From positions 62,001 to 126,000 of IMG/VR virus record IMGVR_UViG_3300046171_000252: a stretch of 64,000 nucleotides of DNA, one strand, 5' to 3'. Shown piece by piece: positions 62,072 to 64,000 of the stretch. Position 1 is the stretch's first letter, and each line of letters opens with the position of its first letter. The notes under the pieces are model-generated. The model did not search any database and was not told the DNA's origin. It saw only the letters and a program-made list of their open reading frames with translations. Made by a program: the position numbers and the translations under genes.

Positions 62072-62155
62072 ATGAACTTCACCACCACTGCCTTAGCAGC
62101 TGGAACTCTAATGACTATTTTTATTGGAGTTCCCATTACTACATTTGTTTCTTAG
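62072..62155 (+). CDS. Hydrophobic micropeptide, 27 aa (MNFTTTALAAGTLMTIFIGVPITTFVS)
   Basis: Perfect SD AGGAGG at 62061-62066; single TM-like segment. Confidence 0.6.
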   Translation: MNFTTTALAAGTLMTIFIGVPITTFVS

Positions 62156-62158
62156 CAC

Positions 62159-62233
62159 ATGGAAATCTTAGCAACCTTTGTCATTTTTGGCGCAGTAATG
62201 AGTGGAGCATTTGCACTCACCCCTAAAAAATAA
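62159..62233 (+). CDS. Hydrophobic micropeptide, 24 aa (MEILATFVIFGAVMSGAFALTPKK)
   Basis: Starts 3 nt after the previous stop; TM segment plus basic tail. Confidence 0.5.
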   Translation: MEILATFVIFGAVMSGAFALTPKK

Positions 62234-62268
62234 ATACTAAATAAAACTGAATATCGTCGTCGCAGATG

Positions 62269-62310
62269 GAGGGGTAACTGGCAAAATCCAGTTAATGCCC
62301 CTCTTTTTTT
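62269..62310 (+). terminator. Long bulged hairpin plus T7; terminator and possible sRNA 3' end
   Basis: gagggg/cccctc outer stem, taactgg/ccagtta inner stem, T run 62304-62310. Confidence 0.7.
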
Positions 62311-62341
62311 GTATCTAAATATCAACGTTAGTGAGAGGAGT

Positions 62342-62656
62342 ATGCTATCTACTCAGTATAGATTGAGATTAGAGTTCATCTGTAAATGTATTGCTAATGG
62401 TGAGGAAGTAAAATTAGATGACATGATTTGGGCAGAGAAACTAGCAAAGAGTCATACTACTGCTAGAGATTGGTTGCAAAAAGCACGGAGACAATCTGCT
62501 CAACAGATTGAAGAAGGTAGTGCAGATGATTTTCTGAATAGGATGGGATTAGGTGATCCCGACCCATCCAATCATAAAACGGGATTTACTGATGCTGATG
62601 ATATTAAAGATTGGTTTCATACTGACAAACCTGATGATTGGAGGCAACGTGATTAA
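62342..62656 (+). CDS. Conserved cyanophage hypothetical protein
   Basis: SD gaggag; MLSTQYRLRLEFICKCIANGEEV...DDWRQRD. Confidence 0.75.
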   Translation: MLSTQYRLRLEFICKCIANGEEVKLDDMIWAEKLAKSHTTARDWLQKARRQSAQQIEEGSADDFLNRMGLGDPDPSNHKTGFTDADDIKDWFHTDKPDDWRQRD

Positions 62657-62832
62657 TGGCAAGTGAATTTGATTACGTTGAAGCACCTACTGAAGGTGAA
62701 GTTGATAGGTGGGGATTTACAATTAAACCTTCTATTAGTGATAATGAATTGATTATTATATGTTTAAAAAACGCCCCTTGTGGATCAGACAAGAAACAAG
62801 TTGAACGATTGATAAAACATTATGAAGAATAA
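62656..62832 (+). CDS. Small hypothetical protein (58 aa)
   Basis: Hand translation MASEFDYVEAPTEGEVDRWGFTIKP...; TAATG coupling. Confidence 0.6.
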   Translation: MASEFDYVEAPTEGEVDRWGFTIKPSISDNELIIICLKNAPCGSDKKQVERLIKHYEE

Positions 62833-62965
62833 AGAATCAGATTATGTTTGTGTCACGACATGGAATGCCATGTTTGAATGTATGCGGTATCATTGGGTAC
62901 ATAAATCTGAAAAGGATCCTGTGCAATTCGTAAAAAATCTCAACCCAGATGAGGTAATTCTTTGA
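62822..62965 (+). CDS. Small hypothetical protein (47 aa)
   Basis: MKNKESDYVCVTTWNAMFECMRYHWVHK...; overlaps both neighbours. Confidence 0.5.
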   Translation: MKNKESDYVCVTTWNAMFECMRYHWVHKSEKDPVQFVKNLNPDEVIL

Positions 62966-63255
62966 AGAAACTATTCATAGTTAGTATTGGTGAGAATGAA
63001 TGTGTCACTCACGATGGTTATATTCAAATTGGTATCTTTAATCATTCTGTAGAAAAGCATCTAGAGTTAAATCCTACTATTGATTGGCAAGTAACTTATT
63101 GGATGCCAGATATCTGGGCAAATAGATATAAGAGAGTATCATTTCAACTTACTGAAAAGAAAAACGAAGGTTCACCTAGAACCGATAACGCAACAGACAG
63201 TCGTCCCAGAGATTTTCCAGATCAAGCGACTAATAGATTGGAAAGAACATTATGA
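62962..63255 (+). CDS. Hypothetical protein
   Basis: 97-aa ORF, TTG start overlapping the previous stop. Confidence 0.6.
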   Translation: MKKLFIVSIGENECVTHDGYIQIGIFNHSVEKHLELNPTIDWQVTYWMPDIWANRYKRVSFQLTEKKNEGSPRTDNATDSRPRDFPDQATNRLERTL

Positions 63256-63395
63256 AAATGTGGGAGACAAAATGCGTCGAGTGTGGTAAAATGGTTCCAG
63301 CGAATCAAGCACCTCAGATAGGGCACCAAGCACCTGATGGTAGTTGGACAAATTCGCTATGTAAACCTTGCTGGATAAAGAAGAACAATGGATAA
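63252..63395 (+). CDS. Small Zn-ribbon peptide (47 aa)
   Basis: CVEC...CKPC; ATGA coupling. Confidence 0.55.
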   Translation: MKMWETKCVECGKMVPANQAPQIGHQAPDGSWTNSLCKPCWIKKNNG

Positions 63396-63561
63396 AATTG
63401 ATACACAAGGCATGAGTCTTCCTGGTAAATCAAAAAAACCAAGTAGTTATGATCCTATGCCAGTAAAGAACCGTACAATCTTCACGCCAGAAGAACGTAT
63501 TGAGTTGAAGCAGATTATCAACGAAGCACTTGATGAGAGAGAAAAAAATGAAGCATTATAA
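63388..63561 (+). CDS. Small hypothetical protein (57 aa)
   Basis: MDKIDTQGMSLPG...ERIELKQIINEALDER; fills the gap. Confidence 0.55.
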   Translation: MDKIDTQGMSLPGKSKKPSSYDPMPVKNRTIFTPEERIELKQIINEALDEREKNEAL

Positions 63562-63721
63562 TAACTATTACGTCAAGTTTGACGATGATGAATTGCGACA
63601 GATCTTGAAAGAGATTAGTAACGAAGAAGTTAAAGTAAGAATAAGGAGTGCATTGGGAGAGACTGTTGATCCCATAGATAAGTTCCATGCAACTATCGCA
63701 TATTATAATAATGAAGTTTAA
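63548..63721 (+). CDS. Small hypothetical protein
   Basis: MKHYNNYYVKFDDDELRQIL... Confidence 0.55.
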   Translation: MKHYNNYYVKFDDDELRQILKEISNEEVKVRIRSALGETVDPIDKFHATIAYYNNEV

Positions 63722-63992
63722 AGCACTTGTATTTGTTCGTTTGAGGTCACAGGTTGATGACTCTCCTGGTAATGCTGTGAGAGATGCCTGTAAGCGATTG
63801 TCTGAGTTAGATATTAAAAAACTTAGATTGGGTAAAGTGATTGATGTTTGGTTGGAATCAGAGAGTAGAGAGTATGCTGAGAAGGAACTTGAAATGCTTT
63901 CTGATAGATTCCTTGCTAACACAGTTATGGAAGACTGGGACTATGAACTGACCGAGATTGAAAACTTTCCCAAAGGTATTGACAATGGATGA
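63711..63992 (+). CDS. purS: Phosphoribosylformylglycinamidine synthase subunit PurS
   Basis: V.LR..V.D..G.AV..A...L......LR.GK.I........A......LAN.VMED matches the PurS pattern. Confidence 0.8.
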   Translation: MKFKALVFVRLRSQVDDSPGNAVRDACKRLSELDIKKLRLGKVIDVWLESESREYAEKELEMLSDRFLANTVMEDWDYELTEIENFPKGIDNG

Positions 63993-64000
63993 TTTTAACG

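Overview
A 64-kb segment of a T4-like cyanophage (cyanomyovirus) genome; all credible genes are on the + strand. The order is: (1) end of a GC-richer, probably early region (1-1316); (2) a structured AT-rich spacer and small conserved genes; (3) baseplate and tail genes (gp25, gp6, a ~4,100-aa gp7-like protein, gp8, a 2,510-aa VrlC/DUF4815-like protein, a repeat fibre); (4) neck, packaging, tail and head genes (gp13-gp23, gp3); (5) recombination, transcription and replication genes (uvsY, uvsW, gp55, gp47, gp46, CobT/CobS-like pair, gp45, gp44, gp62, regA) interrupted by accessory genes (DenV-like, speD, dam, a GT8-like glycosyltransferase); (6) hsp20, small ORFs and purS. Six single-base indels at homopolymers split genes, several of them essential, and look like long-read errors. 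I found no tRNA, rRNA, CRISPR array, intron or intein. The most unusual stretch is the hsp20 locus (61440-62310). It has a ROSE-like thermometer leader, overlapping TGATAC inverted repeats in front of two unannotated hydrophobic micropeptides, and a short promoter-to-terminator RNA-like element. Other leads are a dam-coupled glycosyltransferase inside the clamp-loader operon, an antisense sigma70 promoter back-to-back with gp55, a palindromic operator shared by the cobT and cobS promoters, and a KxDG ligase-like early protein. All homology calls come from motif recognition and synteny; no searches were run.
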